DNA of 64,000 nucleotides from Chlorokybus atmophyticus (lineage: Eukaryota > Plantae > Mesostigma and Chlorokybus algae): the NCBI GenBank assembly GCA_009103225.1, contig RHPI01002069.1, positions 1,346,744 through 1,410,743 of the forward strand, read 5' to 3'. The notes below the pieces were generated by a model. It had not been told where the DNA came from, did not search any database, and was given only the letters and a program-made list of their open reading frames with translations. Shown here piece after piece: positions 1 to 11,810 of this stretch; position 1 is the stretch's first letter, and each line of letters starts with the position of its first letter. The position numbers and the translations under genes are program-made.

Positions 1-172
1 TGATTCAACTACGCCCCCATCAGGACTTGCAACGCTACCGTTCTACACCTATTTCTCCCACTGCCGCCGCCCCACGCGCCGCCGCCGCCAAGGCTTGCTC
101 TGCGAGTGCGAGGCGGCTTCCACGCACAAGCACACTTGTGCCTGCGCACAAGCGCGCTTGTGCGCTTTGAGA

Positions 173-353
173 CAGCTGCTACCCCGATAAGAGAATATAA
201 GCACCGGCTTTTTACGATTAAAAAGCTAGTCTTATTACGTATGAGAATATTCTCTTGAGCAGCAGTATTTGCTTGTTGAACGATTGGTCTTTTAAATCAT
301 GATGTTAACGGGGTTATTCTCTTAAATCGAAGTCTCTTAACGGGGGAAGACTG
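173..353. mobile_element. Degenerate MITE-like element related to the pogo/Tigger family
   Basis: The right end reads ctcttaacgggggaagactg followed by TA (354-355). Its reverse complement CAGTCTTCCCCCGTTAAGAG resembles the TIR of the 916-3774 element. The left end (cagctgctaccccgataagag) matches only partly and lacks TA. Confidence 0.4.
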
Positions 354-399
354 TAGCACTACTTGGTTTTGGATACACATCGCATGTACACACCGCATA

Positions 400-915
400 C
401 CGATCCAACGTGCGGCACCCATGTTAGACACACAGTCACTAAGCACAGCGTCAGACGAGCTGTACCGGCAGAGGATCGGCGTCCCCATGAGCAATAATGC
501 CGGCGTGCACACGCGGCGAATGGCAATCTGCTTACATACGAGTTGGAAGCTGTACGCAAGCTGCGTGGTCGCGGGGCAATCTGCTGGCCAGATGTGCACA
601 TGGCATTCTGCGCCACATGGATGACTTGTTTGTGGCAAACGTGCCAGAGCTGCAGCATTGCCTGCACAGAGACCCAATGGCGCTAGGAGATAATTTGTAT
701 TCGAGAGACACTTTGACAGTGACGAGCACAGCAGTGAGGTCAACGGTGCCGCTCTTGAATCTCGGCGTCTTTCAGACGGCGGACGGTCTATGTACGAAGC
801 TGTTTTGCAAGCAGGTTATAGAGATGTTCAGCGCCACTCCTCGCCATCGCGCACCGCTGCCAGATTCTAATATACCCCGCAGCATCAAGCTGGGGTCGTG
901 GAATCGCAGTACATA
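400..915 (+). mobile_element. Penelope-like (Chlamys-type) retroelement RT fragment, copy A, 5' part; frameshifted
   Basis: Collinear RT motifs: DELYRQRIGVPMSNNAGV (motif B), ILRHMDDLFVAN (YxDD equivalent), then RAPLPDSNIPRSIKLG and GVVESQY (PLE thumb). These match the order in copy B at 15-16 kb. The sequence is cut by the transposon at 916. Confidence 0.72.
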
Positions 916-3774
916 CAATCTACCCTCGATATAAGAGCCACGTTTATGCGAGCCCTTTTGGCTCTTTCTTCAAATAAGAGCATGTGCTGTTACCTCAAAA
1001 TAAGAGCATGTGCTTTGATAATAAAAGAACCTCGTAATAAGAGTTATAGCTCTTATTACGAGATAACCTTGAAGTAGGATCAGTGGCTTTTGTGACGGGG
1101 TAGCAGCGGTGCATCATCAGTGTGTGCATGTGACTGTCACTGTGCTGTGATGGTGTGCGTGTCAGTGTATGGCAATGTGCGTGCATGTAACTGTGTTGAG
1201 TGTGAGTATGTCCGTGTGCGTGTTTACATAATTCCGTATTAGTCGTGCAGCATGCACTTGTGTGCGAGTGTGTGCGTGACTATGCGTGAGTGTGCTGGAT
1301 TTTGCGTCCGTGACTCTGTATGTCAGTGTGTGTAAGTGTGCGTGCATGTGAGTCTGCGTGCATGCACCCTCATATAATGCAATTACTTTTCCCATGGTCG
1401 GCATGCAACACTAGCTAGCACAAGCATGTAAGAAGCAAGCATACAACATGTGCGTCAATGCGTAAAAGGCATGAATGTCACTCTGCTGCATGCGTGTAAC
1501 ATTTGCCACTACCATCCTCATAGCCTTCTTCTTGAAGTGCTCAAGCCATGCAATGTCGCTTGCACTGAAGATTTCCAAGTTATCCGCCGTAAACACCTCC
1601 AACTTCCTCGCGCACTCCATTGCAATAGCAACAGACTCCGGTGTGATATCGTGAACATTAATGTCCCCATCAGCAATAATGTCAGGGGCAACATCCACAT
1701 CAGCCGTCACAGGCTCATGCATGTCCAACAGCTCATCAGGGGTTAACTCTGCCTCCACAAGCTGTTCACCTGGCATGTTGATGTACTCAGCTAAAACCAT
1801 GTCATCGATACCCAACTTGCTAATCAGCTCAGCCAACGCTTTGCACTCAGCATCTGCGATCTTCTGCATCGTCGTGGCAGCTCTTGCCACACTCTCATCA
1901 ACACTGCGAGTGGCGGAATACCAACCAAATGGCCATAAGTTAGCTTGAACAAAGCAGTTCTTAAAGATATATGCGTCCTTTTCTCCCAAACAGCTAATGA
2001 CCACAACACCACTTGCTTGATAGATGGCTTGACACCTTTCAGATCAGTCTCTGAGTTGAACTCCAGGACAGCGAGCAACCACGACACAAGCAGCTTCTTG
2101 CACCGCATCTTAAGCGGTGATGATGCCCTAATCTTTGGGCTGCACCTGCGATGTGGTGTTGGGAGGTAGGAAGACAAGGCTGATGTGTGCCATCCGTTGC
2201 AGCTCAAGCCCGTGCAGCTTCTCCCGCTTGAAACTGGCAAGTAAGGCAAGACGTGCTTAAGTGATGAACCAACCACATGCACAGTATGCTTGTAGCCAAC
2301 AAGTCAATGCAATTTCACCTGGTAAGTTGTGACAAAAAGCATTGTCAACAAGAATAATGATATGGCGATCGGACCTTGCCTCTTCGCATTCATGTCTTTC
2401 ATGTAACCCTTAATAATTTGCATGGTCATCCACGCCTTCTTGCTGCTGAACCAATGCACGAAGTGATTGGGCCTGAACCCCTTGCCAAAACAATGTGGCC
2501 GTAGGCTCTTGCTGACGAGCAGCAATTTAAGCCGTTTGGAGCCGTCGGCGTTGGACGCGAACAACACGGTGACTCGCTCTTTCGTTTTTTTAAGGGCCTC
2601 GCACCTGCTTGCTCGCAAATGCCAAAGTGCGGTCTAGTGCGGCCCTTGTATAAAATGCACCTTCGTCAATGTTGAAGGTGTTCTCTACAGTTGCACCGAA
2701 CTCTTGCAGCACAAGCGGTGCAGACTCTCGTGCTAACTCCACACCCACCATGTCAGCATCAGCACTTTCACCGTGTGCCTTTTTGCACACAATCCCTTCC
2801 CTGCAGCAACAAGCGCCCAACTTAGGTACACACACACATGCATGCATGCACAAACGCACGCGTACACACACACATATGCGTGCACGAGCGCGCACACACA
2901 TACGCTAACACACAGTCAAGACAAAGAGTCCTTTTACTTTGACGGCACTCACCTTTTTTGAAATTTCTCCAGCCAGACTTTGGACGCTTTGAACTCTTCC
3001 GGGGGCACGCCCTTGGCTTGAGCCAATGTGAGCGCTTGTTATAGCAGCACGTCCGCTAATGGCAGGTTGGCAGTTTGGGCCTGACATGCAAAAATGCACA
3101 TACAAAATCTCAACATGAATCACGGCAACAACACAGATCTACGGCATAGCAACAATAGTACTTACAATCTTAAACTATGACATCAAAGCCCGCTCAATCG
3201 ATTCAACTTTTGCAGAGCGAAAGGGCTTCCGCGCTGCTTTTGTATAATCTAATTGCAACAAATCTTTTTCACATTGTCATATCTTTTGAAATTTAAGCTT
3301 AACAGTCAGCTTGAGGTGCTTCTTCGCTTTAAGCGCAAAGAGGTCATGGGTGAGAGACCTGAAGTTGACCCTCGGCGAGCAGATTTTCTTCTTTTTAAGA
3401 TGAGTTAGACGCATGCGCTTCTTAGGGGACAACATGCTGTGACAACAGAGAGAGTGAGTGTGTGTGCCTGTCAACAACGACAGCAACAATGACGACTACT
3501 GTACAACAACAACAACAACACGCATGACCTTCGTTTTGGTTGTCCTCTGCTCCCCCTCCTCCGCTTGCTCTTGTGCCCCCTGCGCCCTCAGCGCAGCCCT
3601 AACCCTAATTCCTCGCGATAAGGGACTTACCTATTAGGCCAGAGCGCTCCTATATGGAGTGCTGTTACTCTTATTGGGAGGTGGTTTTGCCTACATGCAC
3701 GAAATTGCAAGGCCTTTAGGCTCTTATATCGTAGATGCTCTTAATGTGAGGTATATGAGATCGAGGGTAGACTG
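916..3774 (-). mobile_element. pogo/Tigger (Tc1-mariner superfamily, CENP-B/DDE_1) DNA transposon, decayed
   Basis: TIRs caatctaccctcgat (916-930) and atcgagggtagactg (3760-3774) match at 14/15. TA lies at 914-915 on the left. TAAGAG/CTCTTA subterminal motifs occur at both ends, and a transposase lies inside. Confidence 0.85.
1411..3435 (-). pseudogene. Tigger/CENP-B-like transposase pseudogene with three apparent spliceosomal introns
   Basis: MLSPKKRMRLT...KKKIC (HTH); EEFKASKVWLEKFQKR-EGIVCKKAHGES (HTH_Tnp_Tc5); FNIDEGAFY; KERVTVLFASNADGS...KKAWMT; LLVDNA; VFLPPNTTSQVQPxD (DDE_1). In-frame stops and frameshifts are present. Confidence 0.85.
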
Positions 3775-3890
3775 TGCAAGCCATGACGGACATGTTACTA
3801 GCTATGCAGTGGGGCGGACATTCTCTAAAGCGCCTGATGGCGACATTGCGGCAAAAGAAGTTGCGGGACAAGTAGGCCCTAGGCCTACAT
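3775..3890 (+). mobile_element. Penelope-like RT copy A, 3' continuation after the transposon
   Basis: QAMTDMLLAMQWGGHSLKRLMATLRQKKLRDK* parallels MAMLLVAMQRDGYAKDSLTSKLRRW at the end of copy B. Confidence 0.55.
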
Positions 3891-4169
3891 CTACTGCACG
3901 CCACCGCCGTTGCTGTATAAACTGATCTTCGTGGCGTTGCGGCAGCAACGCACAGCCTATGCAGTACGACCGCAACGACTGCGCGGGGAGCAGGCTGATT
4001 GGTACAAAAGCTTGCCCGTGCCAAGGACACGCAAATCCAACCCCACAACCCAACCCCACAAGCAGCACCTAACTACCGGCATGGACACTGACAGCAGCTG
4101 CTGACTGAGCAGCAGAACTACCGAAGCGAAGGGGCATAGGGGCCGGGCAGAGGGGCCCTGCAGGGTTAC

Positions 4170-4360
4170 AGCAGGCCGACTGCAGGGGTCCAGCAGCACG
4201 GAGGGTGTGGGTGAAGGAAGAACGGGAGGCTGGGAGGGGGAGTCCGTCTGCTGCTTGTGCTGCTGATGCTGCTGGCTGCCACACGAAAGTGAAAGACCAA
4301 CTAGCTGCACATGCGTGCAGGTAATAGCCGTTGCGACTTACCATGCATGTCTAACGGGTT
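4170..4360 (+). repeat. Dispersed repeat, probably the Penelope-like 3' UTR/pseudo-LTR; homologous to ~36570-36740
   Basis: Collinear shared blocks gggtgtgggtga, ggagggggagtccgt, tgctgatg, aagacc, gtgcaggt and catgcatgtctaa. Confidence 0.55.
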
Positions 4361-4619
4361 AGGCTAATAGTTAGTGTCATACTTAGGGGCTAGCAGTAGG
4401 TTAGCATGTAGCCTGGTGGTGTTGTATTGGAGAATGTGTTGGTGGTGATGTACTGACTGCATGTGTGTGATGACTGCGGTGTGCCTTGCATGCATGAAAC
4501 TCGCCTTGCATCTTTTGTACACTCACTTACTGAGTTCATACGCAATTGTTGCTGTGCACTCGCGCAGAGAGCAACGACGACATACACCGCGCTATTACAT
4601 GTCTTAAGTAACGCTTAAC

Positions 4620-6509
4620 CTACTTAAGCAGCATGTACACCTTTGTCAGCTTGCTGCCTTCTAAGCGGACATTCGTTTCGCCCAATCGTCCAAGATGCCT
4701 CAGCACCTGTTAGTGGTTTGTGGTCAGCAACAGCAATGCGACGCGCCCACAACAACTGGCAAGCAGCAAGTGTTGCGTACTGTGAGAGTTGCTTTGCCAC
4801 TGTGGTCCAACTTCACGTTGACGGCTGTACGCAAGTCATTCTCCAAAAAGAAGCTCTTCCCCTTGACAGCATCAGCGGTGGCAATCTGCTTCAGCTCCTG
4901 CAGTACGCAGACCAGACTAAAGCTGCATATGCGGACAGCATGGCCAATCTGATGCAACCCCCCATCACTCTGTCCAAACCGTCAACTTTGCCGTGCTGCA
5001 CCCTTACCAGAACTTTCTTCAAATCCTCTTGCCCCATCTGCAGGATAACGTGCAGTCAGATCAGCATGTTAGTTAAACTTGTTGTTCCCATGCAGCACGT
5101 GCAGAGGAGTCCAGGATTTGCAAACATACCTTCTTGCGAGGCGCCTTCAGCAAGCGGGCATGGGTTTCAGAAAAGGCAGCCAGTTCATCAATGGCAGCAT
5201 TCACTCTGTCCAGTGTCAGCCGGCCTCTCATGTAACTGCAACGATGCAGAGAGCAGGTCTCAGCATCCGAGCACAATCAGGCAGACTGCAAATTAGAAGT
5301 GCAACAAGTTACCAGGATACAAACTCCCAACAAGCCATAAAGGTACCTTGACACACCCTGGAGCTCTGTCACAGTGACATAATTCCTTGGCGGTCCAGCC
5401 TTCACATCCTGCAGTTGGTGACATGTAGGGCGTGTACAACATATAGTAAGCCACACATTCAGACACTTAGCAAGCACAAGCTCCAGGAACTGTAACACCA
5501 ATGAGCAGACTGCCCGACCAGCTTTGTTGAAAATTATTGCATTGAAGGACGAGGCACATGGATAGTTGTGTTGTCACAACGGCCAAGCTGCCTGTTGACG
5601 TAGTTACCGTTTGTCCCTCTTACCCGCGCTTTATGCACCTCGGGTGGTTGTTCTGCCGGCGCATCCGTGTCGGGTTGGCTGAAGGGGATGGTTGATCTGA
5701 TTGCACAACGAAACTATGAGTGCGCGGCAAAGTGCTGGTTGAGAACCATGCCACCAACATGCATTAACTTCTGTCCTCAGCAGAAATCCTCTGTGGTTGC
5801 ATTGTGCATGTTGGTCATTGGCTCCAGTTCAAAACATACCGCACTTGCTGCACTGACGCTGTTGGCAAGCGTCCTGGCAGATGGGCTGCGATGTACTGCA
5901 GCTTCCTTTGCTGTGCGTGTGCTTGCTCAATCACTGTCTGCACATGGCCATTTGCAGTCAGGCATACCTCGTTGTACATGCATCAAACGCGCTTTTTGTG
6001 ACAAGAAGGAGGTTTGGGTGTTTGAAGCCTGCCATTGCTGACCTTTGATGTGTATTAGCCTTGACTAGTGCTGAGAGTGCGAGATGCATGTGAGCGTATG
6101 TTGTTGTCAACAGCAGACATCTACCTTTGCTTTAGGCAAGGCGGCGGCTTCTTCCTGCAAATACGCCCGCACCGCACTCAGCTGCTGGTCAATGGCACGC
6201 ACATTTGCGTCCAGGGCGGCAAGGTCCCCCGCGTGCCTGTGGGAAGGCTCTGTATGCAGCAAACGACGCAATCATAGACTTAGCTCCACACACAACATGC
6301 AAGCCAGGCATGCGAGGGACAGGCCATGCTGGCACAGCGTGGCAGCCAAGCTGTAAGTAACATCTCTCAAGGTATTGCCTTGTCGGCGGGGCCTTACCGC
6401 GGGCACGCAGAGACGTGAGCTGCTTCATCTCTAAGATGCGCTCGTTAAAGGCGGCTACCATGGACGTAAAGCTGTCCTCCTCCACGGGCACCATGGCCGC
6501 ATGCGCCAT
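4620..6509 (-). CDS. SKA1: Spindle and kinetochore-associated protein 1 (multi-exon)
   Basis: N-term DSFTSMVAAFNERILEMKQL. C-terminal microtubule-binding domain YVTVTELQGVSRYMRGRLTLDRVNAAIDELA...KGKSFFLENDL...KLDHSGKATLTVLRHLGRLGE. GT-AG junctions; stop TAG at 4620. An alternative start lies at 6494. Confidence 0.88.
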
Positions 6510-6651
6510 CCCAAGAGCTCCGGCAGCACCGCAAGCCAGCACCTGGAGCAACCCTAGCTACCAACCGGCCGGTCCCCCGTTGAGCAGCACCTGGATACCC
6601 TACCTACGCCGTGCTTACAAGTGTTCTGCCAAAGACCGGGTCCCACCTAAA

Positions 6652-6675
<24 letters not shown>
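6652..6675. repeat. (GGC)8 microsatellite in the SKA1/SCYL1 divergent promoter region
   Basis: Read directly. Confidence 0.9.
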
Positions 6676-6683
<8 letters not shown>

Positions 6684-7088
6684 TCAGGGCGGCGGGGTAG
6701 GCGACACCTTTCCCGCCAGTTTTTGCACCGTTCAAAGCAAAGGGGAGCGATCAGGATTGGCTGCGGCGCAAACGGACAATCAGTCGGCAGCCCTCGATCG
6801 GGATCGGCATCAGCGCAGGCGTTGGTGGCAAGGTCAGGCAGCTGAGGTGACAGCTGGCAGCAGGCGGGTGGGCGGGCGCGCACACCTGCTGCCTGCAGGC
6901 GAAGGTGTAGCGGCGGGCGTGGCTGAGAGAGAGATTGAAGCCTGTGTGAGCAATTCTGGTGGATTGTGCTTGAGCGCTCTCTTCGCTGGACTGTAGCTTA
7001 TGTGCTGTCTGCTCACGCCATGACAGTTGGTCGATGTGCCTGCTGCTGAGTACAAAGTGCTAGCTGCTGCCGATCGAGTTGTTGCGTG

Positions 7089-10000
7089 ATGAGAAGCGTA
7101 TTCAAGAGCTTGTTCGGGGGAGGCGGCGGCACCGCCTTTCCCTATGTAGTAGGGGAGGCGTACTCCACTGCGTGGGGCAGCTGGACGCACCACCGTGGCA
7201 CCAGCAAGGTTAGAGTTGAGGCAATCAGAGTCTTGTGTGATTTGTGCACTGCTACTCGCATGGCCGTTGCTTGCGATATGCAATGCCATGCACGTAATCA
7301 ACGCAATTGATCGTTGCTTTTGTCAAGACGCCTTGCGGTCTGCGCTGACTGGGACACTGCACTGGTTGTGCATGGTATGTTGTAATGCGTGGCGGTTAGT
7401 CTTTCGCAGTTAGACTTTGACTATCTAGGCGTTGCATTGCGGATGCTGTTTGCATGCAGCATGCTGCAATGTGACTACTTGCTTGTATGGTTGCACAGCA
7501 TTGCCGTTTACAGATGTTGGAGGAATGCAATTGAGAGGCATGGCCAATCAAGCTGTATGTGACTACAATACGGCACAACACAGCCACAACTAACTAGTGC
7601 GACTGGCGTTGAACCATTGTTGCTGAAAATACATGTTCATGAAACATTCTTGACACTGCAATGGCTTTTTTCAGGACGACGGGGCTGCGGTGTCCATCTT
7701 TGCATTTCATGCCACCAGCACAACAGACTCTAGATTAGGTGCTACGCGAAACGGCTCGAAGCGGCTGCGGACGGTACAATTAATTATGTTCTTTGCTAAG
7801 TTCACTGTGTTTGCAGTGGGAGTCATTAACGTGGCTTTGTGCAGACTCGTCATCCTAACGTGCTTTCTTTTCTGAACGGCACGGAGATTGAAGGCGCAAA
7901 CCCTCAGTACCCGACAGGTGTAACAGTTTATATTGTTACAGAGCCTGTCGTGCCGTTAGCAGAAAAGCTGAAAGAGCTACAGCTCTCCGGAGCCCAAAGG
8001 TACTGCATCAGGTCGTAAGCTGAGTGTCAGCTTTCATTGCTGTCCATGTGTAGCTTCGTGCATCCATGCAGCGAATGGCGGTAAAGCAAAGCTGTCAATA
8101 GCTTACTAGCTTAAACTGCACTTTTCACAAGCAGCTAGCGCGACATGCTGATTATATATATGTGGTTGGTTTCGCATACTCAAGCTGATGACCTGTGCCG
8201 CAGGGATGAGTACATCTCTTGGGGATTGCATCAGGTGGCGGCAGCAGTGAGCTTTCTGAACAATGACTGCAAGCTGGTATGTGCACTCATAACCACATGA
8301 CCATGCTTTCGCAATCCTACAGAGTGCTTAACATGCAGTGCATCCTGATTCAATGTTAAGAGTGCAGCTCTTAGACAGCAATGTACGGCATACGCCTGTA
8401 CCTCTGCTTTAGGCACATACACTCGGTTCTGTTGGCACAGACCTCATATTGTGTCCTCCACTCCTTGCCACAGGTCCATGGCAACGTGTGTTTGTCAGCG
8501 GTGGTTGTGACTGCCAGTTTGGACTGGAAGCTACATGGTTTTGACTGCGTGTCAGAGTTTCCAGCCCTGGCAGCTGATGCCGAAGGCAATCCTGCTCCTG
8601 TCAGCAACGAGCCCTTCCTGGCAAGTACCATTGTTGCCCATGCAGGTGGTCAGCCTGTGATGTTACACTGTAAGCTGACTTCAGTAATTCTTGTTGTTGT
8701 GCAGCCGTATGACTTTTTGATAGGGTCACAGTACAAGCCTCTCGAGGTGACCAAGGCTGACTGGGCTACGCTAAGACAGTCTCCTCCTTGGGCTATCGAT
8801 GCGTGGGGTCTAGGTAATTACATAAGGCTACTGCAAGGTTTGCTTGCATGACTATCATGTGGGAACACGGAACTTAAGTAACTTAAGTACTATGCAGGTT
8901 GCCTGTTTTTTGAGCTTTACAATGCCCGCCTCGCCAAGACAGAGGAGTTGCGCAACACCTCTAGCATACCAAAAACTTTGCTGCCCGAATACCAGAAGCT
9001 GCTCTCTGCTGCGCCCACGCGCCGCCTTAACCCCGCAAAGCTTTTAGACTCCAGTGGTGAGCTTCCCATGCAAGCTGTGAAAACGTGACCAACTTAAGTG
9101 TGTAATAAGCACGCAACCACAACTGGTGACAGCTATGGATGTAGTCATTTGCTGCGGATGATCACACAGCAGCCCATCAATGTATGGCTTGTTGCAGAGT
9201 TCTTTCGAAACAAGCTTCTAGACACCCTTTCTTTTCTTCAAAACCTGAGTATCAAAGATGGAGCGGATAAGGACCTGTTCTTCAGAAAGCTTCCAACGCA
9301 GTTGGATACCATTCCACCAGAAATCCGCAAGAACAAGGTCTTGATTGTCAACTTTACTGCAGTATATAAACCATGTTGACCGTAAGATTGTGCATGGCAC
9401 TGACGCTGTGGCGGCGCCAGGTTCTCCCACTCCTGTTGTCCGGCCTTGAGTTTGGCTCTGCTCCTGCAGCCGCCTTAAGCTCGCTTATGAAGATCGGCAC
9501 AACGTTGACTCCTGAAGCGAATGCGGCGCAGGTAAGTCGGCACATAACCAAACATGGCCCACCAGCTGTTCGCATGCTAAACTGCCAGGTTTTGCTTCCT
9601 GCAGATCGTACCTTGTATAGTGAAGCTGTTTGCATCGACTGACAGAGCAGTGCGCGTTGGGTTGCTGCAAAATCTGGACTCATATGCAGCCAATATGAGT
9701 GCAACAATCACAGACGAGCAGGTATGGTTGATGCAGCGAACATGAGCAAGAAGCAGACCTGCAGTTGCAATGTTGTTCTCATTGATAGCTTCGTTTCATC
9801 AGGTCTTTCCCCATCTCGCCTCTGGTTTTTCAGACACATCCGCGTTCTTGAGAGAACTGACGCTTAAGTCCATGGTGTTGATAGCACCAAAGCTGTCTCA
9901 ACGGACGCTGACTCAACATGTCTTGAAACATTTGTCCAAGTTGCAAACAGATGAAGAGCCCGCAATCCGCACCAACACAACCATTTGTATTGGCAACATT

Positions 10001-11377
10001 GCTAGATACCTTCAAGATTCTGTAAGCCATGCCTGGAGTGCTGCTGCATCCGTGCATCTGTAATGGTGAAGGTCAGTTGACATGTGTTTTGCAGGCCCGC
10101 AAGCGCGTACTTGTCAATGCGTTCTGCCGCTCCTTGCGAGACCACTTTGGCCCTGCGCGCGCAGCAGGTCAGAACTTGAGACTTCCTTGTGCTTGTTGGA
10201 GCACATTGTCGTTGGGTTTCACGCATTGGCCATGGCATGCACTCAGTGCATTACATACTGCAGGGTTGATGGCGCTCATTGCCACAAGTGTGTACTACGA
10301 TCCAACAGAGATAGCTACCCGCATCCTCCCGGCTACTGTCGTGCTGACCATCGATGCTGACTTTGATGTGCGGGAGAAGGCTTTCAAGTGTACAGAGACC
10401 TTCTTGCAGCAGCTGAAGGAGCACTATGAACAGGTACATGTACCGCATGTTGTCAGCCAACTTCTCTGCCATGGCTGCTCATCTCATATCGAATGTCGCT
10501 TGGCACGGGCAGAAAGCATCAGGTGCCGCAGAGGCCAATGCGACCAAGTCTGCTCCAGAAGGTTTCCTCAGCTGGGCAGTCAGCTCGCTATCGCTGGTCA
10601 ATCGTGGCAAGGCTGGGGAAGGGGAGAGGACAAGTGGAACAGATTCACCCGGGCACCCTAGTGCAGAAAAAGTGGCAGCTACCAGCCCACGGATTGCAGC
10701 ACAAGGCAAGACTGTGCCACATCAATTACAAATGGCGTCCACTGTGTTTGGAGTTCAACAGTTTTGCTGCAGCAAAGGTTGACAGCGTTGACTTGGCAGA
10801 TTCAGCAAGATCTTCCTCTACCATCCCTGTTGCTACCAAAGCCCGCTGGGATACATCAACTTCTGAGTCCAGTACACCTGCAGCTACAGACCATGGAGAT
10901 GGCTGGGAAGATTACGAGCCGACGACGGAAGCCCCTCCATTGCCGCATCCCAGTACCAGCGGTCGTGTTGCGCTTTCGCCCTCGCCCGCAGTTCAAGCTT
11001 CAATGCCACCATCAAGGAGAACCAGTGATGCTGGTGAGCTTCTTAGCTAGCGGTTGCCTGGGTTTGAGTATACGGATGTCAATTGTGCATGTCACTATCA
11101 GCCCTGACATGTGCATGTCATCCTATTGCTTCCAGCAGATGCCAACAATTGGGAGGAACCTGTCAAAGATGATGACGTATGGGAGGACATGGGCATGGCC
11201 GCACCTCCACCCGCGCCACGCCCCCCTCGGGATGCTGAACTTGCTAGAGCTGCGCATGTTCAACTAGGAAGGCCAGCGCGGGGCGCTGCACGCCCTGCAT
11301 TGGGTCGTGGAACCCCCAAAGCCGGACCAATGAAACTTGGCGCTCAACGCCTGTCAAAACCCTCAACCGACTTGTAG
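7089..11377 (+). CDS. SCYL1: SCY1-like pseudokinase with HEAT repeats (CTEXP/NTKL), multi-exon
   Basis: FPYVVGEAYSTAWGSWTHHRGTSK|DDGAAVSIF...RNGSKRLRT; DWKLHGFD; SPPWAIDAWGL; FFRKLP; AFLRELTLKSM; LQTDEEPAIRTNTTICIGNIA; DFDVREKAF. Low-complexity C-terminus ending PSTDL*. Confidence 0.93.
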
Positions 11378-11579
11378 GGGTATTCTGCAACAAGCAGTGT
11401 GCGCCAGCCTGCTGGTGTTGAAGTCTCCATTGCTGATGACATTGTCTTGTGGAGTGCCTTCGGTGCATGTGTCTGAGCAGCAGCATGTGATGGTATTTGC
11501 ACCAGCCCACAGGTTGGCGCCCAGGCAGTTTGGGGTTTGTGCAAACCCCACTTTGAGGTTGGTTGTGCATATAGCATTG

Positions 11580-11810
11580 CATAAGGTATAAGTCGTAGGG
11601 CAAGGAAGCAATTCAAATGCACAACAAGCAGCACCACACGCAGCAAGCAACCTATAAAGATCAGCAAGAGCAACACTTCAATTATCACAGGGGCTTTACA
11701 ACTATGTGCATTGTATGCACTATGTGCTCTAGGGGCGGGGCAATAGGATGCAGTGGCAAGCAGCAAGCGAGAAGCAACCAACCAACCAACCTGAGCACAC
11801 AGGCACAGGC
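11580..11810 (-). repeat. Dispersed repeat; inverted copy of ~19691-19912
   Basis: The reverse complement aligns over ~230 bp (tgtgctcaggttggttg...cctagagcacata.tgcata..tgcacatagttgta.agcccctg...ttgcccta.gacttataccttat). By eye it is roughly 80-85% identical in the best part. Confidence 0.8.

Noticed and set aside
3598-3608. cctaaccctaa telomere-like / telo-box motif upstream of the transposase
   Set aside because: It is under two repeat units and could be chance. It is not an interstitial telomere.
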